NCBI GenBank assembly: GCA_035084275.1
Contig: CM068756.1
Location: 9,424,001 to 9,488,000 of the forward strand
Direction: 5' to 3'
Length of the DNA: 64,000 bases
Source of the DNA: Hydrolagus colliei
Lineage: Eukaryota
The notes under the pieces are model-generated. The model saw nothing but the letters and a program-made list of their open reading frames with translations, did no database searches and had not been told where the DNA came from. Shown piece after piece: positions 38,401-52,935 of this stretch (the first letter of the stretch is position 1; each line of letters starts with the position of its first letter). A program made the position numbers and the translations under genes.

Positions 38401-40981
38401 TCAGATAAGGGTTTATTTCAATTTTTTTAAAACTGCTTTCATAAATATCCAGCTTTATCTCCGCGCACCTGTTCTAGGGTATTAGTTTAAAGGTTTGCCT
38501 TTGAGGCTTTCCACAGGCTGATGTGATCAGATAAAAGTTAACTTTTGAAAATACTAATCTGGCATATTTTGCCCAGACAACCCCTTTCCCCTAAAAGAAA
38601 TAGGCTTTTATTCATTGAAAGCAAACCACAGGCTCTCTTTACTTAAGCTTGATGGATGCAAATGTAAATGTGCACTTATTTAATTGGATCAGCTCCCAAG
38701 ATAAAAGAGATAAACGGCTCCCAGTTTGCCAAGTTATTTCCAGAGGTATGCAGTGATGTGTTGTAGGGAAAGTTAATGAAGAAGCAAAGAGACAAACTGT
38801 ACTTAAAATATCTTGAGTCTAGACTTGTTGAAAGGAAGCCTAGCGCTTTTTGCATGGAAGAGAATTTAAGAGAAGGATTGACTTGCTTTGCGGTGGAACA
38901 GGTGTTGATTTGTGGAGGATGGCTGCCTAAAGGATTATTGAATTAACAGGCAACCCCAGGCAACGATGGAAAGAGTCATTTTTCTCAAGATGAATGATAA
39001 TATTTCACAAGTTAAAACTCCAAGTTTCCTAAACACGACTTTCTGAAGTCCACAGACCCGAGCAACAGCTTCACCTTACAGTGTGCAATGAGACATTGGC
39101 TGCAAAACCAATTATTACACAAAAAATTCCCATATTGCTGTCTTTACTTGTTTTTTTTGTGTGGTTTTACATCCATATGCATGAGGCATTAGCAGACAGT
39201 TATTGATACAAACACTGTTTTTGTTGCTAAAGGCTTTCCAAAATAAATTCTTCAGCTGAGTGCCAATGTATGCATGTTGGCTTGGTGCAAGCTGATTAGT
39301 GAAATGATTTACAGCCTAACAGAAAGGATGATACTGTCAAGCCAGCAATTCAAAAAGACAGGATAGCACACCCGCAAGGCTCTTTTCATGTTACTGTAAA
39401 CCACCCAACAAATCAAGATCTACACCACAAATACCTGAAACAGCCAAGCAATCAATTGGCTGAAGATTAAATGCAGTCTCTATTATCAGTTTCTCTGGTA
39501 ATTTGTTACCCCTGACAATAGTATCTTCTGGCCGTTTTCAACCACCCTTCCTCACCTGTCTAACTGGGTGAGAATGGAGATATTTCAGGAGCCCAGCAGG
39601 GCATCTAATACAACACTTGCAATATTGCTTCTGCTTTCCCCCTTACATATAACAAGACAATATGTCTAAACGGTGGCTCACAAAACCGAGGGGTCAAAGG
39701 CTGTAATTTCAGCTGCATACAGTTGTTCCTTTTGTCACTCGACGTTCTCTTGCCTCCTGTTCATTAACAATAAAAAGAAATCATCCTCTTCACTAGTTGT
39801 CCTTGATGCAGAAAAGCCTTACTCCGCAATAAACTTGGGGACTTTGATCTTAGACCATTCACTTCGGTCTTTTTTAAACCGAAATCAGTGGCAAAACTAT
39901 GTGAACTTATTGTTCACACTTGCTGCGCTCTGGTTTAGAAAGAACTGATTTATTAGCTTGTCAAGGGAAGCATTGTTCAGGAAGGCAATCAAAAAGCACT
40001 TACCTAGCTAAACTAAAATTACTGCCTTTTCACTGGCTAATTTGTATAACTCCCACGGAGCAGCTTGGAAAAGGTTTGATGAGGCATAAAATGATGATTA
40101 ATGAATTTATTGCCCTAGTGCTCATCAAATAGGAGTCTGATTACATTCTTTTGGTGTAGGGGCTTCTGCAATGTAGGCTCCAGCCAGATACATGGTATCC
40201 AGTATGTGACTGATAGTTCTGGTATTGATAGGAAATTGTGTATATACTGGCCGACCTTGTATTTGCTTTGCCTTTCTAATTCCTTGTGATCTACATCCCT
40301 AATCACCTCTCCCCATTCACAGCTTCCCTGTTCACTTTCCAATGCCACCTGCGTTCCTTCTGGGTTCTGTTGCCAAATAAAGCACTCGACCGCCTTCACT
40401 TCACTTAGTTTAGACATCTTTGCTTACTTCCTCTCCGTACAATCAGTTTTTAGCATTATTGTCCATTCTCCATAAGATCCAATCTTCCTTTAAACTTATG
40501 AGACCCACCTCCACCCCCACTCCTTCTCCATTTCCTCATTTATTGCTCTTCTCTGGCTCTCTCATCCAAATCTACTTCTCCCAGACTTTCCCTGCCTATC
40601 AACCAGTCTGAAACTCTTTCACCCTCTCTTCAAATCTACTCATTCATCTGCCAGTTCAGTCAGATTGGAACCTAATGTCAGTCTAAAAGAACATGAGACA
40701 AGCTGTTACTACATCCACTGGGCAATGATTGGAATCAGACCCCAGCTGAACTGGACCATCAGTGTGATTGCAGAAAGTAAGTAATGGAATTGGTAGATAC
40801 GAAGAAATGAAAAACAATAAGAAACGAGGAGAATGAAAGTGGATGAGAAAAAATCAGGAAAAGACAAAGAAATAAATGGTAGAAGAACATAAGTTAGCAC
40901 TAAAAAAAATCTAAAGAAAGGAAAAGGATTATTTTTTAATTGAAAAATTTGGAGGAAAAATGATTTATATATTATAAGCTA

Positions 40982-41165
40982 TATAATCCTTGCATTTTGA
41001 TATGGCATCTTATCACATAGTCGAGATGTCTCAAAGTGCTTCACAGAATATACTGTAAATGAATTCACTGTATATTCTTGTGGGCAAAACACAGCAGCCA
41101 TTTGCACACAGTTGTGTCCCACAAACACTCATGGATTGAGTGATCAAATTATTATTTATTATTGT
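40982..41165 (-). mobile_element. 3' half of Deu-type SINE
   Basis: taatccttgcatt...cttcacagaatatactgtaaa...gtgtcccacaaac. Confidence 0.85.
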
Positions 41166-41937
41166 TATTACTTTTTTTGTGAGATTCAGGTAAAAAGAAG
41201 GAAAATGTAGCACATAATTAGTCACTGAAAAGTTCTGTAGAAGGCTTAAAAATTAGAATGGTGTCTGGTATCAGCGGTTTAATAGCCTGTGATATTTGAG
41301 GCAATGATAAATGGTGCTGTTGGTCTATGCAAAGATGTTAAAATATCAGTTCAACAACAATTCCAATATGGTCTCTTTCTAATTCTTTCTGACCTCATGT
41401 GACCTGTTAAACTTCCAGATGAAACGCAGGTAACACGAGGGACCAGTGAGACAAAGGCCGATTTGATAGAAAGTTAAATGGGAAATGTGAGGAAAGTTGC
41501 CGCAGGGAGGAGCCGCTCAGTTTTGGGCTTTCAGTCTCCTTGACCATTGAAGTGGTAAAATGAAGAAGTAACAGGATAAGGCACAAGCAAAAATGACATG
41601 AAAGGTTTCAAAGTTTCAAATAAAACTGAGAGGTGAAGCAATACACTTAAAAAAAAACTGGCAAAAGTAAAAACAGAAGTTACATTAAATGCATCAACAA
41701 AATAAAATTCTAATTTATCTTCTGATAAACATTGTTGATACAGCATTTTTCCATGGTTAGCAATTGATAAAATTTCACTGACAAACCCAACTGTATTTAG
41801 AAAATTGTGCTTGAAATATAAAGCATGCTAAAAATTGGGTCTCTACACAAAACCTCAGTCACATGAAAAATTGAGAATTTTGTGTAATAAACATTGCACA
41901 ATGTAGTTTTGAACATGGTACAATGAGTAGTCTATGG

Positions 41938-42156
41938 CAGGGTGGTCCAACCTTTTGGCTGCCGAGGGCCAGATGCCCTATTTGAGAAACGTCCGCAGGC
42001 TGCATAAAGAATATTTTTGTGTTTCCCTTCCAGAAACGTAATATAATATTTATGGGTTATGGAGGGAGCAGGTGGGCTAGATAAAAATGGAAGGAAGGAG
42101 CGTTTGGATGAAATAGGGCCACTTTCGGCCCACAGGCCGCCAGTTCGACCAGTCTG
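41938..42156. mobile_element. hAT (Charlie-like) MITE, 219 bp
   Basis: Imperfect TIRs CAGGGTGGTCCAAC / CAGACTGGTCGAAC; 8-bp TSD GTCTATGG (41930-41937) and GTCTAAGG (42157-42164). Confidence 0.85.
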
Positions 42157-44507
42157 GTCTAAGGTATGGAGGAATGATATTCTTCTACATTGGCCAGAAA
42201 ATTTAATTCTAATAGCTTTGTTTGTCTGATCACTTGCTATTTTACTTCTATGCAAATTATATGATTGGATCACAGACCCAGCTATCACAGATCGGCAGCA
42301 TTCTCCACCCCTACCCCCATCCCTGAATAATGGTATAAAATCACTCCATTTTCAGATGTTTTAGAAAATACACATAGGGATGTTCTAAGACATTAATATA
42401 CTGTGAGGACGAGATGAGGTTAATAAACTGTTTGAGATTTACTCTCATTATTTATAAGATTATCGCAGCCCATCAATTTAATAATAATTAGCATCGCTTG
42501 CATTTAATTTAGCACTGTGCACACCAGAACATCACCAAGCACTTGATGGGATTCGCTGTAAAATGTAGTAACTGCATTTTTTGGGTGAAATTTGCTTTTT
42601 CATTGTAGTACTGTACCTGGAATGCTATAAGAAATAAAATGGTGTAATGCAGTACAGTGTATGGTTTAAAAAATATTGTGGAATGTAATTTAGACTTTTG
42701 AACAGACATACATAGAGGTTAAAGATAACAAGATGTTAGTATTTTATGAGCTCTGTAGTAAAGAAACATGTGACGTTGTCATTGTAGCATTTTGTTGATT
42801 TGGATTCAAATCAGGCTCTTACCTACAATTTTAAACAGTTTGATTTGTGTCACTTGACAAATGAGAAACTGACTCTTTAGATCTCATAAGGTGTATGCAA
42901 CTCCTCAGCTCATGAGCACTTAGTATAAGCCATACTCTTATAAACACTACATCTTTGTAACATGCAGTATTTGTATCAAAGCAAGTTATGTGATAAGCAT
43001 ATATTAGGAGATTGGGTAACCCAATAGTTTAAAACACTGTCCTTTTAACTCTTAAACTTAGGTTTAAGTGCAGCTGGGACTGATAATGCAGAAGACTTTA
43101 TACTGTCTAACAGTTCTGAGTGAATGAGTTCGTCCAGCATCAATCAATTCCTAGTGAGTACAAGTCTGCAGTGCAAAACGGTCCATAATTCAGCACCAAT
43201 TGACACTAAGTTGGTAATCTTTCTTAGACAGTCTTTAAGGATGGTTAGTGTGGGAAGTGGAAAAAAATGCACTGGTGCAGTTAAGGGTGATCTTCTGAGA
43301 TTGGGGTTAAGTTGTTTTATAAGGACAGAGCGGAGGGAGTTTCTCTTTGCTCCTAACCCATGGTACCTCTGACCTGACAGTACTCAGTGCTTACACTGGA
43401 TGCAGAGAGTGGAAAGATGTTCAATTCTCTAAACAGTGATACCACTTCTTTTGATAAACACAAAATCTTCACCAAAGCAAATAGAACATTCATGATTTAG
43501 GAGATTCTTACGGAAAGGAATACTGACCAAATCTTATCGAGCAATTCCTAAAATTGTAACTGTTTTTATAGACTGTTCAATAAAAATGATAATTCCATTA
43601 CCACTGAATAAATCAGCAATTCTTTAAATACTTGTGTGTTATCAGTTAAGTCATTTGATACATTTGATGCTACTGACAGAAATTTTGACATTCAGAGGAA
43701 GATGACATTTTTGCTATTACTGCAGTAATATGTCTGAACATCAGCAGCATGAACATGTGGTAGAGAGCAGGGTTTGATTGATTTCCAGTAAATACAGTTT
43801 ATATCAATATAAGTAAAGAGATGGTATTAATAATAAGCATAATGTTAGACAGCAATAGTTTGCAGACATAATTGCTTTAAAGTGGGCAATTAAGACTAAG
43901 TGCATGTGGTTTTAGTGACTGCCCTACATTCCTTTGGATGATTACAGTGATCAATGCATATGATTTGTAAGTAGCTCCGTATTGATCAAGAGGTGGAACA
44001 TTCGACCTTGAAGAAGTCGTTCACGAGGACACCAAATGCAGTTTTCGTTTATGCTCTGAAGCCTTTTGTTTTAAAAAGGATATTTCTGTGCCTGCAGTGT
44101 TCCACAATGTGCTTCTTTTTTGCATTTTATTGATAGATTTTGAGATTTTATTGACTTTTTTGTGGCCTAAAAATAAAATTGTTTTCCATGATCCAGACTA
44201 TCATTTGCGCTAGTTCAACCTTTTGGTTAAAATGTGCCATTGATTAAATTGCTCTATTATATTTAAAAGCTAGAAAAATAATATGCATGTTCTAATCATA
44301 ATTGTTTTATTGAATGAATGAAAAAAATCAAGGTTATTACATGAAAGTCGACTTTTTTTTATTGCTAGACACAAGTATTATGGAAATGTAGCTCAATCAT
44401 TTATGATTTTTCATCAGTCACTTTTTAACCAATCATTCACCATACATACTGACATCACGGAAGGAAAGTGCTCACAAAAGGAACTCACTGTTAACTTCAC
44501 TTTGGTC

Positions 44508-45000
44508 ACAACAAAACAACAACAAAATTACATTTGTATAGCGCCTTTCACTCACATCACGGTGAGTGATGTAGATCCGAGCTGAGTTAGGGATCGGGGA
44601 GGGTGGAAGGAAGGAAGGGAGGGGAAGTGGGGTGACCGAGAGCACAATTGAAAAGGAGGGTCTTGAGGTGTGACTTGAAGAAACAACAACAACAACTTTG
44701 ATTTATACAGTGCCCTCCACACCGGACGGCGTCTCAGAGCGCTTAAGGAGGCTAGCGAAGGGCTGAGGTTGAGGTATTGCGGGATGGAATTCCAGAGGTT
44801 GGGGGCAGAATGGCTGAGGACTCGCCTGCTGATGCTGGGGTGGGTAGTTTGGGGGCCATGGAGCAGGCCAGAGCCCGCTGAGCAGAGGGAGCAGACAAGT
44901 TGATAGGGGATTAGGAAGTCACAGAGCAACTTAGGGTGGGGCAAGGCCATGGAGGGCTTTAAAAGTGAGGACCAGGATCTTGAATTGAATCCTCCGAATG
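44508..45000 (-). mobile_element. L2 LINE 3' fragments (two adjacent tails)
   Basis: Minus frame RRVLSHSAPNLWNSIP matches the L2 ORF2 end; (CAA)n tails at ~44510 and ~44683. Confidence 0.8.
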
Positions 45001-46864
45001 ATGGGGAGCATTGCACCATTACTTGCTCTAGCTTTAATTTGATTCTGGCAAGAGCCAGAAAAACACAGTCACCAGAACACAACTGGATATGCCACTTGGT
45101 GAGGGAATTTGAGAAATGGGCAGAAATGGATTTATCTCCAGCAGAAGTTTCATTATTATCTGCCAAGAGCAAAAATTCCAGGTTTGCTAACCCTATGTGC
45201 AATACAAATGTGTTATGTAACATTATTTTTCATTTGTCTTTCTTTTCAATTTCCCCTTTCCTTATCTCCTCCCTTTCATTCCCCACCATCATTGTTTCTC
45301 TCCTTGCCCATTTATTTCTGTTTTGATATTGTCAGAAACATCTTAATCCAGTCCTCGTTGAGATTCCAGGTCCCGCTGTCCAGCTCTCTACTGTGACCTT
45401 CACCATATTCTGCCTCTATAGCCATCATCTTCTGATACTTCCATTCACCTATTTCCTTACTCTATCCCCGCAATCTGCCTTCTATTCCCCCCCACCACCC
45501 ATCCCCATCTCGGAACTCTTATCTCCACAACCGTCTGGCTCTGAACACATCTATTTCCTAACTCTATTTCTCCAATCTCAAGCTCTTAGGTCAGCTTACG
45601 AACACTGATGCCTGCATTCAGTGCTGTCAGTAAGTTTAAAAATAGGCATCAGTTGAGTTTCAAGTAGGAGGGGACTGTTTGCAAAGGAAGAAACTGATCT
45701 GTGTGGTGTTAATTGGTGCATTAAATAAACCAGAGGTCCGGCAAGATTGTCAATATCTCCTGAATTGAGGGTTCTGCCTATAACATACATTACAGAGCAT
45801 GTTGAGATGTGATAAGGTGTTATATCAAATGTAAGGATTATTATTAGTGAAGTTAGTTTGGCTATGTACCCCTTACACAGGGGGTAAATATCAGTCATAG
45901 TTGTTTGACTTATGATCTTTTAAACCACTTCCTTGGTAAAATGAATAAAATAACAATAACTTAGAAAGGCCTTTTGATAAAAGTACAACATTTGAACTAG
46001 TGACAGATAATGATCAAACAAATGAAGGAACCCTGTGGATGGAGCAGCCTTTCAACACTCACTGGCCAGCTTATGCTTGAAGAATAGCTACTTAAGCAAG
46101 GTATCAGTGAGCTTCCAATGCCTGTGGGCCTGTATTCCATCAAGATTCAATGACAATGGGGGAGGGGGGACTGGAGGAAAGGGGAAAGAAAATAAAAACA
46201 TATCTGTTTCAACTTGAGTTATAAGAAACAACATCAAATATTACTGTGTGTGGTTTGGAAAGGTTCCTCCATTGAGTCAAGTTAACTGGTCCCTTGTCAC
46301 ACGTTTTTGACGCTTTCAATGAGACTCTCCCATTTATCGTGGGAAATAAAAATCAACCCATGTTGTAACTGCAGACCTGTGCTCAGTGTTCAGTTCATGA
46401 TCCAACTGAAAGAACACATAACTGGGGACTTAGACAAGATCAACACAGTCAGTGCAGAAACACTTAAGAAGATGCAGCGGAATCAAAGCAAGGCAGCCGA
46501 TGCCTGAGATCAAACTAGGCAGAGATTCTAATAAAAACACTGATGCACGTGTCTGCCACGACTAAGATATCACAGCAGCTGCAGCTGCCCATCCCCCTTC
46601 CCTCAGCTGCCAAAGGGTTACACAAATGTTAAAAAAGTTTGAAGTTTAATTATGTTGGAAACAAGTCAAATTCACAATCAACAATTTCCAATCTTTAGCC
46701 TGAGTTGAGTTTCAAGTCAATTTTTCCTTTTAAATAAGGCTTACTGCGCAACATATTTGAAACCCACAGAAATCTACTGATCTTACTGCTGATATCTTTT
46801 ATGAAAAGATATTTTACAAATAGATAAAAATCCAGGACTATGTTAATTGATAACAAAAGTAATT

Positions 46865-47200
46865 TATAAGCATGTGTGAGTATTCCACACTTCTGAGCCA
46901 CTTTTAAACATTGATCTGTAACTGATCTCAAATCTTCTTCCAACTTCATCCTGTAATTAAAGTTAATATTTTTCACATGTATATGCATTACTTTACATTT
47001 ATTCCCTTTAAACAGCATTTGATAATCATTATCCCAAATACCGAGTCCCATGAGAGACCTTTGAAGACTAGCTGCCTCTGTCATATGTGTTGCTATCCCA
47101 CACAATGTTGCACCATCAGAACATTTTACAATTCTGCTTTTGATCCCCTCATCTAGATCATTTATGTAGATTGAGAAAAGTATTGGTCCATGACTGTTCC
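46865..47200 (-). mobile_element. Old CR1 RT fragment
   Basis: Degenerate WDNDYQMLFKGNKCKVMHI resembles CR1 WQMxFNxxKCxVMH. Confidence 0.7.
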
Positions 47201-47607
47201 CCAGGGATCTCTTCTCTCCCTTTTTATAATTATTCTCAGTTTCTTATTGTCACGCTAGTTTTTAATTCAGTTCATGCTTTTTGCGCTAATTCCATCAGCT
47301 TTCACTTTGTTTCCAGTCTGCTGTAAGGTAGATTTGCGAATTCCCTTTAAAAGCCAACATAACTTTGGTAGTAGATAGCCAATTAGATTGAAACCCAAAA
47401 CTGTCAAACTTACTATTTGTAAATAACTGTCGAAAAAAACTGTCAAAAAAAGTCCAAAAAAATGTGTCAAAAAAAACTCCAAAAAAAATTATCAAAAACA
47501 TCGAACTTACTATTTGTAAGTTAGGATCTGCAAAGCTAATAATTGTAATAATGAAATGACAAAGAATAATCCATACTAGTATCCTTTTCAAAGCTTCTGC
47601 CGAATTC

Positions 47608-47820
47608 ACAATAATAATCCTTGCTTTGAGCAGGATGGCATCATTCTTTGCCATCTTATTGTTAGAATTATTAACTTGGTTATTAAAAATAATCTGGGTT
47701 TCCATTTACTGCAAGGTAAACAGAGGCATGTGGAATAAGAAAACATGCCAAAGGAATCACCCTGCCCGAGATTCGAACCCAGATCCTCCCACTCTAACCA
47801 ATACGCTACAGGATCTCCAT
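47608..47820 (-). mobile_element. Rearranged SINE: tRNA head and linker, Deu core missing
   Basis: B box GTTCGAATC on -; aggcatgtggaataagaaaacatgcc linker; aataataatccttgc tail stub. Confidence 0.6.
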
Positions 47821-48565
47821 GATATTAGGCTGCATAATGAAGTTAATAATGATGCAAATTCCACCAGCAGGTACAGATCTGGTATTCAAGACCGATTCTT
47901 CCAATCAAATAAAAAAAACTTTGGTCTCCCTGCAATGCAGAAATCTCAAACTAACTATCTTAGTTTAGGTTTAAAACAAGTTACATTTCCTAATCCTTTA
48001 TATGAAGCTGTATTTTTTTAAAATTTGCATTCAGATATTGAATAATAAAAAATGAGGTTGTTACTCCCGAAATTGGTTGTACTTTAAACAAGCTTTCAAA
48101 TAAGCATTTTCACTTCAACTCGAAATATAGTATAGCAATAACATAATGTCAACCTAGGCTGCATGGGCTGGAAGTCCTGCTGAAATCCACAGTCTCCGTG
48201 GAACCAACTGAATAAGGTTAAATACCTTATGTCAGTTTCTGTTTTTCTGAGCGAGCAGCAGTAATTTTGTTGTTGTTGTAGCTATGTCAAGCTATTTTAT
48301 CACCCTGTTTAAATAATAAAATATAAATGCTGAATATTCTCAGCTTCCAGATGAGTACAGTTCAGTTTAAGAGAAAACACAGGCATGCCAATAGGTATGC
48401 AAGGCATTAAAAGATCATGATATCAAAATATCACGTTTGTGACATTTATGTAATTTGCTCATTTTTCATTGTCTCCTATACTATTGCACAGCACTATGTG
48501 ACTGCACCAAGTCGCTATAATACAAAGCTGTAGTTGTCATAAACATTTTTAAAAAAATGCAGAAC

Positions 48566-48885
48566 AATAAGAACATAAGAATTAGGAGCTGGAGTAGGCC
48601 ATTCGGCCCCTCGAGCTTGCCCCCCCATTTGATAAGATCATGGCTAGTCTTCTGACCTAACTCTAATTACCTGCCCTATCCCCATATCCCCTAATCCCTC
48701 TATTTTTTTTAAAAAAAATCTATCAGTCTCAGCCTTGAAAATGTTCAAGGACTGAACATCTACAGCCTTCTGGGGTACCCTCTGAGTGAAGAAATGTTTC
48801 CTCAACTTTGTTCTAAAAGGCTGACCCTTAATTTTAAGACTGTGACCCCGGTTATAGATTCTCCTACCAGGGGAAACAATGTTAT
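48566..48885 (-). mobile_element. CR1 3' fragment
   Basis: RGHSLKI..FRTKLRKHFFTQRV with an internal deletion; ataagaacataagaa tail. Confidence 0.9.
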
Positions 48886-49949
48886 CAGATGAGCTAGCGC
48901 GCGTGGCAGAGGGGTCCCACGCTACATTGCTTCCATCCCGGGCAGTTGCTAAAGAAAAATATTTAAACTGCGTGTAAAAATAATGTAAAGAAAACTGAAT
49001 TGCATTTTCTGATAAGCTTTGCACGTTAAACCAGGCTCTGGTGGATAGTCCTATTTTATAAAAGAGCCCATAGAGGCTAAAACAGGAAGGATGCAGTCTG
49101 TCATAAAACATTAATTGAGCCTAAGCATGTGGTAGTGGGGGGTGTCTAATGCAGATGATTAAGCTATGAGTGGATAAGCAATACTACAAGCATTTCAAAT
49201 GAGTGTGCCTTTATTGCAAAGAATATGAAAAGTGTTGCATTTGCATATGAATGAATGAGCGCATTATTGCCTTCAGCAGAATATCTGTGATACTCGCTTT
49301 ATTCAACGAGTACTATTAATAAAGATATGCCTCCTCCTTATTCCTCTTCATAACTGCACAAAGATGATAAATGTTATACGGTACCAAATGCTATGGAGAA
49401 CTTCTGCAATAAAGAGTTAAAACTGACAAAAGGTTTATGCCAGCAACTCATTCACTATGGAAACTGTGATTGAGTTCCATTCTGTCTGCAACTCCTCACC
49501 CTAAAAAAAAGACATTACAGGTATATGGAGTCATTTTGCAGATGTGCAGAATCGTATCAAATTACATTGGAGTGTCAGAGCATAAATGCAATCTGACTTC
49601 AGTACAAATACTGTAATGTGTTGAAATTCTCTGAAACTAAACTGAACTTGACATGTCCCATCACCACCTAAATTTTGCATTGACACCCAATATAGAGCGA
49701 ACGCGGAGTGTTTTAACAGCTGCATTGGAACACAAAATGTGGATCCCGTTCAGCAGCGAGATCCGATTTGCTGAAACTGCAGCTTGAATATTTAAATATC
49801 GTTTTACCTTTCATTTGCTTCTCTCAGCAGGTTTGCCAGTGCGACAGAACAGAATAGGTGCACATAGCCACAGGAATTTAAGCGTCATTCTACGCTGCAT
49901 TTTGTAAACTTTAATTAAAAATGATTGCTGTCCAGTATGAAAGTATGGG

Positions 49950-50135
49950 AGAACGCGGTTGCAGGTTCAATCCCCTCATTCTGCCTTCATTTTCCTCCAG
50001 TGCAGTGCTGGGAGTGAGTGGCATTGTTGGAGGTTCTGTTCTTCGGATGAGACTTTAAATCGAGGCCCCATCTGCTTGTGGATGTTAAAGATCCCACTGC
50101 ACTACTCAAAAAGATAAAGTTTCTCCTGGTGCACA
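49950..50135 (+). mobile_element. Old DeuSINE fragment
   Basis: ggttcaatccc B box; gcattgttggagg..cttcggatgagac..gtggatgttaaagatccca. Confidence 0.75.
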
Positions 50136-50722
50136 AAATGTTCAGCTAAGTGGGTTGTCAACTTTCAGAACGATAGAAATTGAAATGCCTTCTGTATTGA
50201 GTTCAGCCCATAACCCCAAGAAGCAAATCGCCCTCCATCATCCATCTCGCTCTTTAATTTGCAATCAGTATAAACATATGATTTCAGTGTGTATAAAAAG
50301 AATAATGCAGGTATTTCATTGACTCAGGTTTCAAAGTATCAGTGTCAACTTTTGGGAGGGGTGTTAATACATAGATAGCAAAGTATTAAATTGATTGCCA
50401 CTTTAACCAAGGCATAATTCCCATCCAGTTCATTATGGTTCAGTTGTGACTATGAAAGCCTTCTCTGTGCCAAACCTCATTGAACTGAAGATTCACAATA
50501 GGGAGGTGTCATATCACACATCATAAATAATGTAACTGGAGGCCGTTTTCAAATTGTTCACAGAAGCATCTCTTATGTTTCATGTAAAAGTATTAAGGTT
50601 TACGAATTCCTTATTGTAGAAAGTGTAAAAAAAGTTTGGAGTGTGTAGTAAAAATATCATAAAATAATTTCTGATTGTTGAAATTTATGTCATAATGCTC
50701 TAGCTTGCATATATAAAGTAAT

Positions 50723-51030
50723 GTGGAGTCCTGTAGCTCAGTGCTTAGAGCACTTGCTCGCAAGCGACAGACCTGGGTTCAATTCGCGGCAGGACAAAAC
50801 CTTGGGCAAGTTTTCTTACTTCACACACACCTGATAATAATCCCTCAAGAAACAAAATTGGTCATTTCAATCCATGACTATTTGTGGGACATTATTGTGT
50901 GCTATTGGCTGCCCCATTTTGCCCACAACTATACAGTCGATTCACATTACAGTATATTTTGTGAAGCACTTTGAGACGTCTAGAATACAGGAAACATGCT
51001 GTATCAAATGCAATGAATATTATTATTATA
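50723..51030 (+). mobile_element. Full-length tRNA-derived Deu-type SINE
   Basis: GTGGAGTCCTGTAGCTCAGTG A box, GTTCAATTC B box, TTTGTGGGAC core, (TTA)n tail. Confidence 0.9.
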
Positions 51031-52669
51031 CTGTATAGTGTGTTAGATTTTGGGCTATCACACCAATTCATAGTTACGATTATGGTTCCTATAAGCCACA
51101 GTATCTCAAGCCAATACAATAACAAGTAATGGGTCTAACAATTGACTGATGTGCAGATTTAAGATACTGGAATAAGAACAGTGTCTTGTAGCACCGATCT
51201 CACACCAGAAGATGGAATATAAAGAGCGGAATAAAAATTCGCAAACCAATTAAATCAATCTGAATAAGTTTTTTTAAACAAAATGCTTAAGTAGCACTAG
51301 GTAAGCATTTGTTTTGCCCACAAAATATGCAGTCATTCCACTTTATATTATATTCTGCGAACTGCATTGAGACTTCCTTGTGACAAGGTGCTATATCAAA
51401 TACAAGGATATTATTATTATATTAAGATGATATACAAGTATCATTGAAGATTAATATGCTTCTTTCAATATTACAGAGGTGGATTTTGCAGTCCCTTGCT
51501 GCTGCAGCTGTAAGTAAAAAAAATTAATTGTTCTTTCCATAAATGCACCTTTGAAGCGCTAGGTTTCTTTCATGCAAGCATGGAATAACTGATTTGTTTT
51601 GTGTTGAATGTGAGGGTTTACTCATGCAGTTCGATCTACATGAAGTACCAGCAACTTTGTACAAGAACTGCAGATTTCTGGAATACCCGCTTTGATCTAC
51701 GTTTTATTTAACTTTTAAGATAAGCGATATAGAAACAGACATTTTCTGTACAGAAGGGAGCCATTTGGCCTATCGTGTCAGTGTCATGATGATGTACCTT
51801 AACAAATTTCGGCAGAAACCAACTCTGTTGTACGAGTGGAAATCTTTCTAGTTTTATGCTTGCCTGCAAAATACATCCTCACTATGCTTTGCAGTGAATC
51901 CTGTGAACCGCTTTGAGATGTCTGAATGACATAACTTGCTTAATTATTTTCCCATAGAAACCTGCTTTGATCGGCTGTAGTACATGAACACAAGATTCTG
52001 TACTTCAGCAAGAACTAATACTTTGTATGTACTCAAATTAGGACAGGAGCTCTTATTGCAGACAGCATGTGCATTGCTGCACCACGATCATTAATATAGC
52101 CTTTTCTAACAGCGTTCTGGTAAGTAATAAAGTTATCACTTTGATGCATTACTATTTCTGAACTGAGAGAAAGCCGCGGTCTTCCCTTAATTTAACCTTT
52201 GTTTAAATGGTATTCTTTGCTTGTTTAAGATCACAAAATGGTGTATTTCCCGTCAATTGTATTATCAGATAAACACACTATTTATAATTGCACTTCGTGG
52301 TTGCAATGTATTGCATTTCAGCCCTTGCCCCTAGTGTTACCTTTTCAATGTATGAACTCATCCAGTGAAGCGTTTCATATAAAAAAAAAGCTACATTATT
52401 TTGTTAATAATGATTCATGTCTTCAATTCAAGATTTTAACATTTGAAAGACTAGATTTGAGCAAATCATGAGCTATCAGAATTTTAAAAATGTGCTGTTA
52501 ATTAATAAGGGATTTACATACTTATTAATATTTTATTGAGACTACATTATTTATTCCCAAATTTCCTGAGATTACCAGTACTGATTAATATTTTTTGATA
52601 TGCCTAAGAGAAGGATAATATCACCAGTCTAATATCATATACAGAATATATATTTTGTCACATTAGCTT

Positions 52670-52935
52670 GTTTTAAGGCATATCCAATAAGACGTTAAAC
52701 CGAGGTCCTGTCTGTGTTTTCTGCAGTTGGATGTTAAAGATCCAAAACACTATTCGAAAGAGATGAGGGCATCTCCTAGAGAGCTTGCTTACTTCACGGC
52801 TGGCTATGGGTCCTGGCCGTGTGGAAATTGGCTGTCTCATTTGCCCCTCAAATATAGTCAGTACACTTGACAGTTGTGAGTAAAGTGGTTTGAGCCCTTT
52901 TGCCATTAATATCAAATGTAAGGATTTATTTATGA
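52670..52935 (+). mobile_element. Old DeuSINE fragment
   Basis: agacgttaaaccgagg..ggatgttaaagatcc..cactattcgaa..aattggctg. Confidence 0.7.
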
